This document shows, in pieces, positions 13,400 to 26,516 of a stretch of 64,000 bases of DNA (positions are counted from its first letter, which is position 1; the number at the start of each line of letters is the position of its first letter). A program made the position numbers and the translations under genes. Source of the DNA: Octopus sinensis (taxonomy: Eukaryota); contig NC_043001.1 in the NCBI RefSeq assembly GCF_006345805.1, positions 49,228,001-49,292,000 on the forward strand, written 5' to 3'. The notes under the pieces are model-generated. The model saw only the letters and a program-made list of their open reading frames with translations, ran no database searches and was not told the DNA's origin.

Positions 13400-14045
13400 T
13401 GATTTTGTTGACTACACAGAATAGTAGGGTCAGTTGGGCACTGTCTGTGAGAAAAACAGCACCATCACACAATTCACTCTGCCAGAAATTTGGAAACAAC
13501 ATGCTGTACTACTTGGCATTCATGCCGCAAGCTCTAATGTAAATATTTCTGAGTATTTGGGTGCCAATCTGAGGACAATGCAATCTGAGGACATGTACTC
13601 AGAATGATAATAATCAAACATCCAGTCAAAATCATGGCGTTTGAAGTGATCACTAGTGATGGCAACGTTATGCCTCCATTCATCTTCCAAAACAGCCTCA
13701 GACTCAACATCAAGTGCCTGGAGGAGGTAGTGCTGCCCTGGGTCAAGAGGGTGATTGTTGCAAGATACTATGTCTAGCAACAGGACTCTGCACCATGCCA
13801 CACAAGCAGGAGAACCCAGTTATGGCTGTCAGACAATTTCTGCAACTACATCACCCCTAACATCTGGTCACCTAACTCCCCAGACTACAACCTCCTTGAT
13901 TATTATGTGTGGGTTGCAGTTGAGCGAGAGACCGACAAAACTCCTTGTAACACCAAAGATGAACTGAAGGCAAGGATTTTAACAGCATTCACCAACTTAA
14001 ACAAGGAGACCTTTCAGAAGAGTTGCAGGAGATTCTGAAGTCATC
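13400..14045 (+). mobile_element. Tc1/mariner maT (DD37D)-like transposase relic
   Basis: QQDSAPCHTSRRTQLWLSDNFCNYITPNIWSPNSPDYNLLDY gives 37 residues between the 2nd and 3rd Asp. Confidence 0.75.
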
Positions 14046-14359
14046 TGTGTATGCATTGTTGGGGCATTCCAGCAAATGGTTTTTACACTCTCTTGCATAT
14101 AGTCATGGAAAGGCTATTTAGGTTGCCTCCAATTTGGTTCAACTACATGAAGTTGATAAGCCACAAAAATAGTGAAACATAGATGACCATCCCTCCTAAA
14201 TGGGAGTTGGGGCAAGTTGTCTTACTTGTCAATGACATTCAGGTGTTTTAACACCCAACACTTTGAGAAAAATTCACCTCCACCATGCTAAGTCACGGCA
14301 GCCAACAGGTGAACAAGCACAACACAGACATTGAGTATGTGTGTTTATATGTATATATA

Positions 14360-15205
14360 CGAGGTGATAACAAGAAGTTCCCAGACTAGTTCTGTAGTGC
14401 ACCAACAGATGGCAGCATGCAGTTGCATGCACCGTGAAAGCTAGCTGTGACCGTTCATGAGGCAGTGTGCCAAGTGACATACATCATTGTGTTTACTTAA
14501 CAAGTGGTGAAATTTTTGTGATCACATGTATGCTGGGATTTTTGTCATGGACAGGAAGTTGAAACAGAGAGTCAGCATGGAATTTTGTGTTAAACTTAGG
14601 AAGTCTGCTACAGAAACATTGAGCATGCTTTGGCAGCTTGCTGCAATGAGGTAGTGGATTGCACACAATGTTTTGAGGGGTATGGGTGCTTCAAAAGACA
14701 CAACAGAGCTGCAGCTCAATCAAGAGCATGCTTATCATGTTTTTGATATCTGTGGTATTATGCATCAAGAATTCATCCCCTTGGGTCAAACCATCAACCG
14801 AGAGTTTTACTGTGATATTTTGAAGCATTTGAAGGAGGAAATTTGGCAAAAGCAACTGGATCTGTAGAGCATGAAGAATTGGGTTCTTCATGACAACAAT
14901 GCACCCTTGTCACTGAGCTCTCCTCACTTGTGAGTTTCTCAAAAACAACATGGTACCACTTCTGCACCTGCTCTATTCACCAGATTTAGGACCTGTGGAC
15001 TTTCATCTTCCCCAAGATGAAAATGCAGCTAAAAGAGTGCTGTTTTTAACACCAAAAGGTCGGATTCTGAAACTGGCAGAAATAGTGGGACTACTGTATT
15101 GCTGTGCAAGGTGATTATTTCAAAGGAGGGGTGTTAAAATTTAGTTAAATAAGTTATTTTTTTTATTAAACATAACTAGTCTGGGAACTTTTTGATACCA
15201 CCTCA
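14360..15205 (+). mobile_element. Internally deleted mariner element with TIRs and TA TSD
   Basis: Left TIR cgaggtgataacaagaagttcccagactagtt; the right end reads tgaggtggtatcaaaaagttcccagactagtt on the minus strand; TA flanks; relic LHDNNA and YSPDLGPVDF motifs. Confidence 0.85.
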
Positions 15206-15439
15206 TACATATACTGTAGGTGAAATAAACATCTGAGATGCTTTGTCCCATGCAGAAACTGCAGAAACTACTCAGAGATTTTGCAAGCTCTTTCAAGTTC
15301 ATTGCAATGCTGGAAACCCTTTCTTATCATCAGCAGATATATCAAGGAAACAAGCATTTTGCCCCTTAGCCCGTATCCTTTGCCTGAGTGGGACAGTAAG
15401 GACTGAGCTAGTCTTCACTTATGGGAGGGTTCAACATCT

Positions 15440-16745
15440 GGTCTCTTTCAACCATAGCTATCTCGAGCTTGTTTTAGCTGCCATGTCTTACAGGCTTTCT
15501 TCCATTGTTTGCATTCCAGACCTATCTCCTTCAAGAAGAAGCACACTGGTCTAGATGGAAGGTGGCATGATAGCCCTTAAGTCCTGATTTTTTGGTTTCT
15601 CTACCTGGTGGGAAATATTGAGTCTGAGTGCTTTCGTATTCATGGAGAGTAGGAACATTCTGTCTGATCAGAATGATGTTACCACTATCTCCTCCATGAA
15701 GATAAGCCTGCCTTTCAGGTTCACTTACATTTCCTAGTCAGAGGCTGAGTCCAAAATAGGAAGCAGGTTGCCTACCATTGCTTTCATCTTGGGAATTTGT
15801 CACTTTCTTTTAGGAATTTTATAACATTTGGTGAGAGTAGCTGGTGTTTATTAGCCTTCACCCTTTGCAGACCAGTCTGTTTGGCAATTTCTGCAAGAAC
15901 CTTGTCATGTCTCTACATGTATCAGCCTTCTCCCATTGCCCTAGGGCATTCAGTCAAAATGTGATTCAGGGTGCAAAGCATTGGTTCAGAGTGCAAAATG
16001 TGGCTCAGGGTGCAAAATGTGGTTCAAAGTACAAAATGTGGCTCAGGGTGCTTAAGAGATGGGTCTTTTTCTGTACCCCATATTTTAAGGTTGTTTGGGG
16101 TTGACAAGCTATCAATGACAGTATGAAGACGAAAGGATAATATTCCTTGGTCAGTGCTCCCGAGTTCCTTCCAGGACATTGGGCGCTCAAGTGCCAGGTC
16201 CTACTGCATCCATTGACTCTGGTGGGCAGGCTCTACTACCTTCACCTGATGATCCTCCTCAGTTGAGTCACAGACCCATTGCACTATGACCTCTCTCTTG
16301 CTCTTGGTATTAATGTTTTCCCACGTCTTAGTGCTGTAATTGCCATGCCCTATCTGTCCTTAACAAACTACTCAAACAATCTCTTGGTGTTTCCAGTATG
16401 TCTCTGCCTCCTTCACAACTTACTGAGGTCACCATTTTCTGTTACATTTTATGGTCTTGTTGTTGTCCCTGATTTTCTCATCCCCAGACAGAAGTAATAG
16501 GGTGATTGCTCTTGCTTTTGTAGCATTGAATTCCTCCACCACTGGTGAAATTTTGAGGCAGAGCTTAAAAGTTTTGCAGTACAGATTGACTGAGCTGAAA
16601 TTTGGTGGGGAATGCCTAGCCACTGTTGCATAAATTTATTGTACAACCTTTTCATTGCCTCTACCCGAGTTACTGAGAAGTTGTAAAGCAGTCTGGGTAT
16701 GATACCATACTGGAAGCACTGTGCTTTGAAACTTCCCAAAACTTT
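15440..16745 (-). mobile_element. Degenerate RLE-type non-LTR retrotransposon (HERO/NeSL-like), RT end to endonuclease
   Basis: Minus-strand relic peptides [10 protein letters not shown]...[21 protein letters not shown], and DxEMxVNLKGRLIFMEEIVVTS resemble HERO-type ORF motifs; many stops. Confidence 0.55.
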
Positions 16746-17488
16746 CATACATACATACATACACACACACACACCACACACACACACACACACACGCATA
16801 TATATATATATATAAATATATACATACATACATACATATATATACATACCTACATATATATGTATATATACATGCATATATGGGTACAGGATATCATATA
16901 TATATATATTATATATATATATATTATATATATATATATGTATATATATGTATGTATATATATATATGTATATATATATTAAACTCGAATATGTTGGTCA
17001 TGTATGACGATGGTTGCACCTAAGATGTTCCCATCTGGAGTACAATTCTGGGTGGGAAGTCACCTCACCAGTGAATGGACAACCTAAGATTGTTTTTATG
17101 GAAGATCAGCTGTCGCCCATGCATACCAGCCTCACCTCTCCACACCACCGATATTATCCAAGGGAAAGGTAAAGGCTGATACAGTGACATCACAACCCAT
17201 TTGGCACCAGTGACATCACAACCCATTGGCACCAGTGACATCACAACCCATTTCTACAGTTGAGTGAACTGGAGTAGTGTGAAATAAAGTGTCTTGCTCA
17301 AGAGCACAACATGCAGCCTGGTCCAGGAATTGAACTCACAACCTCCTGTTTGTAAGCTTGACGCTCTAACCACTGAGCCACTGAGTATGCATATATATGT
17401 GTGTGTGTGTGTGTGTGTAGGTATGTGTGTGTACACATATTACCAGATTACATATATTCACTCATCTTTCATTCTTTCCTGTTGGCAG

Positions 17489-17590
17489 ATTTTTGAACGA
17501 GAAACAAAACGAGAGAAGGTTCTGGAATCACGGCTCAGGGAACAGAAACTCAGAGTGAAACTGACCAAGATGTCAATACATCAACCACCT
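17489..17590 (+). CDS. DNAI2: Internal exon of axonemal dynein intermediate chain 2-like gene (IFERETKREKVLESRLREQKLRVKLTKMSIHQPP)
   Basis: Polypyrimidine acceptor ctttcctgttggcag and donor gtaagt; 102 nt, phase 0-0. Peptide matches the post-WD40 motif of DNAI2 ([22 protein letters not shown]), recalled from memory. Confidence 0.8.
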
Positions 17591-18490
17591 GTAAGTATCA
17601 TTTTACTGCAGTGCTGTTGTGCTGTAGGTTAATCAGTAGTAGTGTAGGTGAGTCAGCTTATGGTGCCTCAGTTCTTGGGTTCAAATCCTTTCAAATCCAT
17701 TGTGTCCATTATGTCTATTATGTCCATAGGTAAAGCTTCAAAAGTAGACACATCTAACATATTCTCTTTAAACAAGACATGCCACTCTCTTTGCTCAGTG
17801 AGATAACTATGTGCTGCAGTTACTTGATTGTTCTTAAGCAAGACTCACATCGCCTTATTGGCTTAACAAAGAAGGCACAACTGATATGTTACATTAGATG
17901 AGTAGATCGGGTTTCAAATTTTGGCACATAAGGCCAGCAAGTTCAAGGGAGGGAGTCACTCAATTACATTAACCCCAGTACATAGCTAGTACTTATTTCA
18001 TCAACCCCGAATGGATGAAAGGCAAAGTTGACCTTGGCGGAATTTGAACTCAGAACGTAAGGATGGACAGAAAGATTTTAGCCTGGCGTGGTAATGATTC
18101 TGTCAGCTCGCCGCCTTACAGATGAATAGATATTAACGTTGGTGGGGGACATTGTGAACTCTCTCAATGAAGGGGTGCACATGCAATAAATATGAAAGGG
18201 CTTTGTGGAGGATTCTGGGTTTTTACAGGTGGATTGGGAGTTGTGATTTTTCTGAAAAATAAAATACTGAATCCCAAGTACAATACTTATATTTTAAACA
18301 AATTAAAAACAAAACTTTGTCAGGATTAAAATATTTCTTTCTAATTTGAGCACAAGGCCAGCAACATTTTGAGTGTTGGGGACTTCTTTCTTTCCTTCTT
18401 TTTTCTTTCTCTTTTTTTCCTTTATTTCTTCCTTCCCTTTTCTTTGTTTGTTTCTACATATATTTCTGTAATATCCTTCTTTTCCGAAAG

Positions 18491-18612
18491 CCCGATGAAG
18501 AGCAGAAACCTCCAAGTGCTAAAAAGGTGAAGGAAGCCACTACAGAATTCTGGGATAATGTTAACAAAGACAAGAAACCAACAGATTCCGACAAAAAGGA
18601 TCCATCCACAGT
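18491..18612 (+). CDS. DNAI2: Next DNAI2-like exon (PDEEQKPPSAKKVKEATTEFWDNVNKDKKPTDSDKKDPST)
   Basis: Acceptor ccttcttttccgaaag, donor gtaagt; in frame with the previous exon (phase 0 in, phase 2 out). KVKEATTEFWDNV resembles the DNAI2 helix VSKAEEEFFDII. Confidence 0.72.
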
Positions 18613-19192
18613 GTAAGTGTTTAACCTTCTCATCATCATCAACATCATCAACTTCATCATTGGTATCATAGTTGTCATCATCATCATTGTCGTCATCCTG
18701 ATTATGATCATGATCATCATCATCATCATTTGTGTCATTGACATCATCATCATCATCACCATCATCCTCATCATATGTCTAATTATGCCATCACCATCAT
18801 CATCACCATCATCATCATCATATGTCTAATTATGCCGTCACCATCAACGCCACCACACACATAATGGGCTTCCACACAGTTTTTTTCTACCAAATCCACT
18901 CGCAATGGATTTTATAACTTGAAAGACCAGCGATTCTGGGAAAGTGCTGAGTTGAATTCATCGACCCAGTGCTCAACTGGTACTTATTTTATTGAACCTG
19001 AAAGGATGAAAGGCGAAGTCAAACCCAGCAGAATTTGAACCCGGAATATAAAGAGCTGGAAGAATATAAAGGGCTATAGTAGAATACTCATGCCCAAAGT
19101 GCCATGCAATGAACTGAACCTGAAACCACTGTGTTTTCAAAGTTTTCATTTCAAACAATGTATTCAGACTTTAATATTGCATCTTCCATTAA

Positions 19193-19412
19193 CCTTTAAG
19201 CATTCAGATTATTCTGTCGAATGTAATGCTTATTTATTCACATTGTTTTGAATTAAGCATACACTATTTTGTAGCTTTGAGATTTCAGTGATGTGATTAT
19301 ATGTTATTAGAATGACATTGTAGGGTAGATGTAAGAGACCAGATCAGACCATTTTCAACATGAACCAGTTAGAATATTTGGGCCTAACATGGCTGGCTTA
19401 AATGCTAAAGGG
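19193..19412. mobile_element. piggyBac-type MITE, inverted relative to 26296-26516
   Basis: TTAA at 19189-19192; right end aatgctaaaggg-ttat; internal similarity to the reverse complement of 26296-26516. Confidence 0.5.
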
Positions 19413-20503
19413 TTATGGTGGTGAGCTGGCAGAATTGTTAGCATGTGGGGCAGAATGCTTAGCGGCATTTCTTCCAGCTTTTTATATTCTGGGTTCAAAT
19501 TCTGCTGGGTTTGACTTTGCCTTTCATCCTTTCAGGATCAATAAAATAAGTACCAGTTGAGCACTGAGGTCAATGAATTCAACTCAGCACTTTCCTAGAA
19601 TCGCTGGTCTTTCAAGTTATAAAAATTTTTTTATTATAAAATTAAACCATCAATTTAAGTCACCATTATTCTTATGTTACTCTAGTTAATTTATCATAAC
19701 TTGCTACTGAGCCATCTCTAATCCAACACATTATGTATCTATATGCACAATAATTGTTCAAGATTATAAGGCATTGAGCTGACAGCATCATTAGCATTCA
19801 TTTCTTTATTGCCCACAGGGGACTAAACTCAGATGGGACAAACAAGGAATCAAATTGATTACATTGACCACAGTGCATAACTGGTACTTATTTAATCGAC
19901 CCCAAAAGGATGAAAGGCAAAGTCGACCTTGGCAGAATTTGAACTTAGAATGTAACGGCGGGCGAAATACCGCTAAGCATTTCACCCGGCGTGCTAACGT
20001 TTCTGCCAGCTCACTGCCTTCTGACAGCGTCATTAGCATGCCAAGCAAAAGGCTTTGCGCCTTTACATTCATGTCCAAATTCCATCAGGGCTAACTTTGC
20101 CTTTCATTCTTTCGGGGTCGATAAAATAAGTACCAGTTGAGCACTGGGGTCAATGTAACTGACTCACCACCTCCCACTGAAATCATTGGCCCTGAGCCAG
20201 AATTGGAAATGAAGATTGCATCCTTAATGATATACCACTGAATATCATCAGGCACTTTGTCTTCTCCCATATCCCCATATGGGACATCGTTAACAATATA
20301 TTGGATATCTGTAACAGTATATGGAATATATGTAATAGTATATAAACAGACCATATTTTAGGATTTGAGTGATTAACTGTAGGATGAGGTGTGACCCAAG
20401 GTTACTCAACACTCATCTCTGGAAATATTGTCTAACTATGAAATTTATTCATCTGTAATGAACGTTTCTTGTCAAATTGCTCCATCCTTATATATTAATA
20501 GTA

Positions 20504-21367
20504 CAGTCAACTCTCGCTACTATGCCACCTCGCTACTATGCCACTCTCGCTACTATGCCAGTTTTGCATGGTCCCGGCCAAATAATAAACAAAAAATTTT
20601 TACTATGCAACCCTCAACTCTCGCTACTATGCCACTTGTAAACTGAAGCGCACGCAACTTTTTGAAATTTTGTACTCCTACATTTTGTACATTTCGTATT
20701 TGTAATCTTGTGGAAAAGTTCAGAAAGTAGCACACAATGTCAGCTCAGAAACGCAAGCGGACTGAGTTTACGCTGAAAGAAAAGAAGGAGATTATCGATG
20801 CTGCAAAAAACGTTAGTGTCAGGCCCCTCGTATCATTAGTAATATCTGATACAAGTTACCACCCCTTGTATTGTCTGACATGTTTCACTCTAGAAGAAAT
20901 AGCAAAGGAGGTAATGCATAACGAAGAGCCAGTGGAAAGTGAAGACGACGAGGTAATTGTGGAAGAGGAATATGTTTCGTTTGCAGATGCCCAGAGAGCA
21001 TGGAGCACTATCTGAAAGTTTATGCAGCAGCAGAGCAGCGGAAAACCCAGCGTCATGCAGGCGTGTGATAGGCTAGACGACGAAATGAATGAAATCCACC
21101 GAAAGAAGATGCATCAGCCGACAATTTTTGAGAGCTTCGGGATTAACTAAAAGCAATCTGAACTTAATAAACTTGGATGTCTTCTTTCTACCATTGCATT
21201 GAACTTCTTATTGGCCTTACTTCCTACCCTATGAATTTTTATTCATATGTTCAGTAAATTTTTGGTTATGTAGTGTTTAGATAACAGACCCTCGGTGCTA
21301 TGCCACTCTCGGTACTATGCCACTTTGGCTCAGTCCCGCAGGGTGGCATAGTAGCGAGAGTTGACTG
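20504..21367 (+). mobile_element. Tigger/pogo-type deletion derivative with perfect 26-bp TIRs
   Basis: TIR cagtcaactctcgctactatgccacc at both ends, TA TSDs (20502-20503, 21368-21369); ORF 20737-21015 begins MSAQKRKRTEFTLKEKKEII (CENP-B/Psq-like HTH) fused to an acidic tail. Confidence 0.9.
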
Positions 21368-21419
21368 TACTTTGTCTGTCTGTCTCTATACATCCATCCA
21401 TGTGTTTATCATTTATCTG

Positions 21420-21529
21420 TCCATCTGCCTGTTTGTATGCCTGTCTGTTTATCTATCTATCTATCTATCTATCTATCTGTCTGTCTGTCTGTCTGTCTGC
21501 CTGCCTGCCTGTCTGCCTACCTATCTGCA

Positions 21530-21561
<32 letters not shown>

Positions 21562-21600
21562 GCCTGTCTGTCTGTCTGTCTATCCATCTATCTATCTATC

Positions 21601-21639
<39 letters not shown>

Positions 21640-21642
21640 GCC

Positions 21643-21679
<37 letters not shown>

Positions 21680-21711
21680 GTCTGTCTATCTGTCTGTCTG
21701 TCTGTCTATCC

Positions 21712-21753
<42 letters not shown>

Positions 21754-21860
21754 ATATCTATCTATCTATCTATCTATCTGTCTATCTATCTATCTATCTA
21801 TCTGTCTATCTATCGCCTGTCTGTCTGCCTATCTGTCTATGTATCTCTCTCTCTCTCTCA
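21420..21860. repeat. Compound (TCTA)n/(TCTG)n microsatellite
   Basis: Direct reading; lies just beyond the Tigger TIR. Confidence 0.95.
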
Positions 21861-22087
21861 CAGTCTGTTGTATTATTGCTTAGGAAGGACTCAGTAATCT
21901 CACTCACTTTCTTCTCATTCTGCATTATTCATTCCTTTAGTGACTATTATTTACTAGTTATTACTTATCCATTACTATGGTAACATTTGCGTTATATTCA
22001 TATCTCGTAGGTGAGCTTGTAAGACAACATCATTACTTTATGTCTTATATAGCTCCACAACTTATTATTATCTTTCTATTCTTAAAG

Positions 22088-22138
22088 GGGAGATGACAAG
22101 GAAAAAGCAGCACCTCAAAATGAAGCAGGAGCTGAAAA
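22088..22138 (+). CDS. DNAI2: Small 51-nt exon of the DNAI2-like gene (GDDKEKAAPQNEAGAE)
   Basis: Acceptor tttctattcttaaag, donor gtaagt; phase 2-2, open in the frame set by the upstream exons; acidic low-complexity tail. Confidence 0.62.
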
Positions 22139-22499
22139 GTAAGTTTCTGTTTGTATTGCAGTTATGATTGATTTTAATATGATTACAGCTGAGTGACTGA
22201 TCTATATATATATATATATATATATATACAATTATATGTTACATTACTTGATAGTCAAGATAAAACTCTGAGTTTCAGATGCCGAAGTGGAAATCCACAA
22301 CACCATCTCTTCTGTTATCTGGCTATTTCTGGAAATAGCCAGATAACCGAAGAGATGGTGTTGTGGATTTCCACTTCGGCATCTGAAACTCAGAGTTTTA
22401 TCTTGACTATCGAGTAATGTAACATATTATTGAATAGATAAATTTCCTCTATTTATATAATATTGAGGTCTCTTTCTTTCTTTTGTTATCTTACCGTTT

Positions 22500-22940
22500 T
22501 ACCAAAGACCTGTTGGGGCAAGTGAAATCCTATGACTGGCACTCGGCAGATGCCAGGACCCCTGGACTGGAGATACGTAAAAAGCACTATCTGAATCGTG
22601 GCCGATGCCAGCGCCGCCTCGACTGGCTTCCGTGACGGTGGCACGTAAAAAGCACCATCCGAATCGTGGCCGAAGCCAGTGCTGCCTCAACTGGCTTCCG
22701 TGCAGGTGGCACGTAAAATGCACCAATCCGACCGTGGCCGATGCCAGCCTCGCCTGGCACCAGTGCAGGTGGCATGTAAAAAGCACCCACTACACTCACG
22801 GAGTGGTTGGCGTTAGGAGGGGCATCCAGCTGTAGAAACATTGCCAGATAAGACCGGAGCCTGGTGCAGCCTTCTGGCTTCCCAGATCCCCGGTCGAACC
22901 GTCCAACCCATGCTAGCATGGAGAATGGACATTAAACGAT
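22500..22940 (+). mobile_element. RTE LINE 3' UTR fragment with (GAT)n tail
   Basis: Reverse complement of the UTR at 6880-7230; internal short repeats gcacgtaaaaagcacc. Confidence 0.75.
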
Positions 22941-23039
22941 GATGATGATGATGATGATGATATATATAATGTAGTCATTGGTTATGGCTGGTCAGAAAGT
23001 TATCAGTTGGTTTCACATTTTTTATTGCTCTTACCACAT

Positions 23040-23760
23040 AACCTCTTAAGTAATGGAGGTAAGAATACAGTCTTGATCAGCATGATGGTGAGAAAAAAAA
23101 CCTCTGAAATGAAATTGTTCTTAGTGAAAACCCTTTCTGGGAGATACGATGTTATCTCCCTTTGAATGGTTCCAGTTGTGTCTGAAAAGGGACAGCTTAT
23201 GTATGGTTTCTGTTCACTAGTCAGCAGGCAGGGAATCCCGTATTTCTAACATAAATTTTTGTTCATGAGGGCACTGACTAGACATTTCACTTTTTGAATT
23301 CAAGAACTCTAGATCAAGAAAACATTTTAGGATACTTACCCTCTTGGCCATGCAAAGTTTGCATCAGCAATTCCCATTGAGGTATAGTCCTGGCTGTTGC
23401 AGGAGCTTCCATTTAATTCTGTATGGCATTTCCTCTTCTTTTAAATGCCATATGCAGTTGGCAAAGATGTAACCTTCCACCTCTCTGGGATTCTAAAAGA
23501 GGACTTATGGTTATTCAGTTGCAGTTTAAAATGGTTCTCCATTGCTCCCACTGTGTGTATGTGTCCTTATATTGTTGGTGCTGCTGCTGTTGTTGTTGCT
23601 GCTACTGCTGTCATTGCTGCTGTTACAGCCATACACCACCTTTGCCTCATAGAGCACAGCCTTGGAGTTGCATTGACTCCCTACAAGGCACTCACTGTTA
23701 AGCCTATACAAGCTTCTTGTCTCTAAGCTGGGTATAGGGGCATCCACTAAAATCTTTTTT
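23040..23760 (-). mobile_element. Very degenerate HERO-like N-terminal / RT-start fragment
   Basis: Weak similarity of minus-strand translations to the N-terminal Cys/His motif and first RT motif; heavily disrupted. Confidence 0.3.
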
Positions 23761-24004
23761 ACACTGGACTCACAGCTGCATGAAACCCTTAATTTGTGTT
23801 TGTCAAATAACCATCTGTACCTATGGGATTGTGTGAAATGCTTACTAATCTAAGGGAGGTCCTTCCCAAGCAGGTTTTGACAACTAATTATATACATATA
23901 TTATAATCATAATAAATAATAGATGAGTGATGTTTAAATTTACAACAATTGTTTCACTAGAAATCTTTATTTAATGTAGTCATAATAGATTACATCATCA
24001 TCAT

Positions 24005-24470
24005 CATCGTTTAACATCCATTTTCTATGCTGGCATGGGTTGGACGGTTTGACTGAGGTCTGGAGAGCCAGCGGCTGCACCAATCTGATTTGGCAATGTT
24101 TCTACAGCTGGATGCCCTTCCTAATGCCAACCACTCCGAGAGAGTACTGGGTGTTTTTTACGAGCCACGGACATAGGAGCCAGTCAAGTGGGCCTGGCTC
24201 ATGTTTGGATGGTGCTTTTTACGTGCCACCGGCACAAGAGCCAGTCAGGAGGTACTGGCATTGGCCACAGTCAGTTGGTGCTTTTTACGTGCTACTGGCA
24301 TGGGAGCCAGTCAGGCAGACCTGGCATTGACCACGTTTGGATGGTGTTTTTTACGTACCACCGGCATAGGAACCAGTCAGTGGGCACTGGCCACAACTAC
24401 AATATTGGTTTTACTTGACTGAATAGGTCTTCTCAAGCATATCATATCACCCAACACATCATGGGTATTC
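24005..24470 (-). mobile_element. RTE LINE 3' UTR fragment
   Basis: Same UTR family as 6880-7230, preceded on the plus strand by a (CAT)n tail. Confidence 0.7.
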
Positions 24471-25231
24471 TTAACAAGGCCAATTATACTTCAGTGAAGA
24501 ACTGGCAGAATATTTATAATCCTGGGTAGAATGCTTAGCAGTATTTCATCCATCTTTACATTCTGAGTTCAAATTCCACTGAGGTTGATTTGCCAGTCAT
24601 CTTTTCAAAGTTAATAAATAAGTGCTAGTTACTCACTGGAGTTACTGTAACTGGCTAGCCTCTACCTGAAATTTCAGACTATACCTATAGCAGAAAGGAT
24701 TATTTATTATACTTGTGCCAAACCCAAAATTCCCCTATTGTTGGTAAATAATTGGAATTGAGAATTATTAAACAGCAGCATCCAGCTTGTATAATTGGTG
24801 TCTATGTTGATGGACTATTTTGCTGTCTGCTCTGTGTCACTTTTATCTAGCCAATTAGTGGCATTCTACATGGTGATGTCCCTCGATTCTTAAGGAATCC
24901 TTTTAACTAGACATCAGGAAATGTTACTTTACTTGGCAACAGGTAATAGATGGTAAGAGGAAGGGTGCCCAACTAGAAAATCTGCCTCAGCAAGTTTCAT
25001 CCAACTCATGCAATCTTGGAAAAATGGGATGATGATAATGATGGTACTTGCCATGTAGTAGCAAGTTTGATTCTAAAGCACTAAATCTTCTGTTATGGCC
25101 TCTGATTGACTAATGCTTAGGCTGTAGAACTTGGTAGACAAAGGAACTGTCAGTTAGATAGACAAACATTATTTCTGTATGTGATACATCTGTATATGCT
25201 CTTTATGTCATTCTGCTATTTATTGTTGAAG

Positions 25232-25297
25232 GGAAGCTGACCAGTAACAGTAGTTAAGTGAAACTGACATGGATGCTGAAGACACTTCAGATGAGCA
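25232..25297 (+). pseudogene. Diverged duplicate of exon 22088-22138 with in-frame stops (alternative terminal, poison or dead exon)
   Basis: ggaagctgaccagtaacagtag aligns with gggagatgacaaggaaaaagcag; downstream gtaaatgtccggtttgtatt resembles gtaagtttctgtttgtatt. In frame it reads EADQ* with TAA at 25245-25247. Confidence 0.45.
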
Positions 25298-25510
25298 GTA
25301 AATGTCCGGTTTGTATTATTGTATCATGATTATGATCTCAGTTGTATGATCAAGTGGAAGTGTGTGGCTTAGTGGTTAGGGGTGTTGGACTCATGATTGT
25401 AAGATTGTGGTTTTGATTCCTGAACTGGGAGATGTGTTGTGTTCTTGAGCAAAGCACTTTATTTCAGATTGCTCCAGTCAACTCAGCAAAAATGAACAGT
25501 GGGAAATATA

Positions 25511-25922
25511 TACTCTTTTACTCTTTTACTTGTTTCAGTCAGTTGACTATGGCCATGCTGGAGCACCACTTTTAGTCGAGCAACTCGACCCTGGGACTTA
25601 TTCTTTGTAAGCCCAGTACTTATTCTATCGGTCTCTTTTGCCAAACTGCTAAGTGACAGGGACATAAACACACCAGCATCTGTTGTCAAGCAATGCTAGG
25701 GGGACAAACACAGACACACAAACATACACGCACACATATATATACACATACATATATATGACGGGCTTCTTTCAGTTTCCGTCTACCAAATCCACTCACA
25801 AGGCTTTGGTCAGCCTGAGGCTATAGTAGAAGACACTTGCCCAAAGTGCCACGCAGTGGGACTGAACCCGGAAACATGTTGTTGGTAAGCAAGCTACTTA
25901 CCACACAGCCACTCCTATGCCT
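25511..25922 (-). mobile_element. SINE family B copy
   Basis: Colinear with 955-1354. Confidence 0.85.
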
Positions 25923-26295
25923 AAGAATCTAGGACACTATCTCTATGTGTCTATATGATTTGTGCAGGAACTTTATCCTTTTTGTGTGACTGACATCTTG
26001 ATGTAGTAATGTTGTGGCATAATGTTGATGTGTTTAGGTGTTTGTGGATGATTTGGACATGTAATTATTTTAGTCATGTGGTTGTGTTAGCATTTTGATA
26101 TTATTGATGATGTATTTAGATCAGGTATGAGCAAAATTTTTCAACAAGCAGACTGCATGAGACATGAAACATCACCATCTGATGGGTCAGACTACTAACA
26201 AATATTCAAGTTTATTTTCCATTGGTGTGCCAATCAGAAAGTCACTAGGGCCACACTTTGCCCATGGCTGGTTGAAATGCTTGTCAGTGGTTTAA

Positions 26296-26516
26296 CCCTT
26301 TAGCATTTAAACCGGCCATATCTGGCCAAAAGTATTCTGCCTGTTTTATGTTAAAACTGGCCAGATCTGGTCTCTCACACCAACCCTACAATATCATTTT
26401 AAAAATTAACAGCTACCTCATCAAAATCTCATAGCCTCAAGATAATGCATGATTAGTTCAAAACAATGAGGACAAAAAAGCATTAGTTTTGGCAGAATAA
26501 TGCGAACACTAAAGGG
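26296..26516. mobile_element. piggyBac-type MITE
   Basis: TTAA-ccctttag ... ctaaaggg-TTAT termini; inverted copy at 19193-19412. Confidence 0.6.

Noticed and set aside
21300-21983. 227-aa and overlapping ORFs rich in YLSI/CLSV
   Set aside because: Translations of (TCTA)n/(TCTG)n microsatellite; the same applies to the many YI, CV, HT and poly-I/M/S ORFs across the window.
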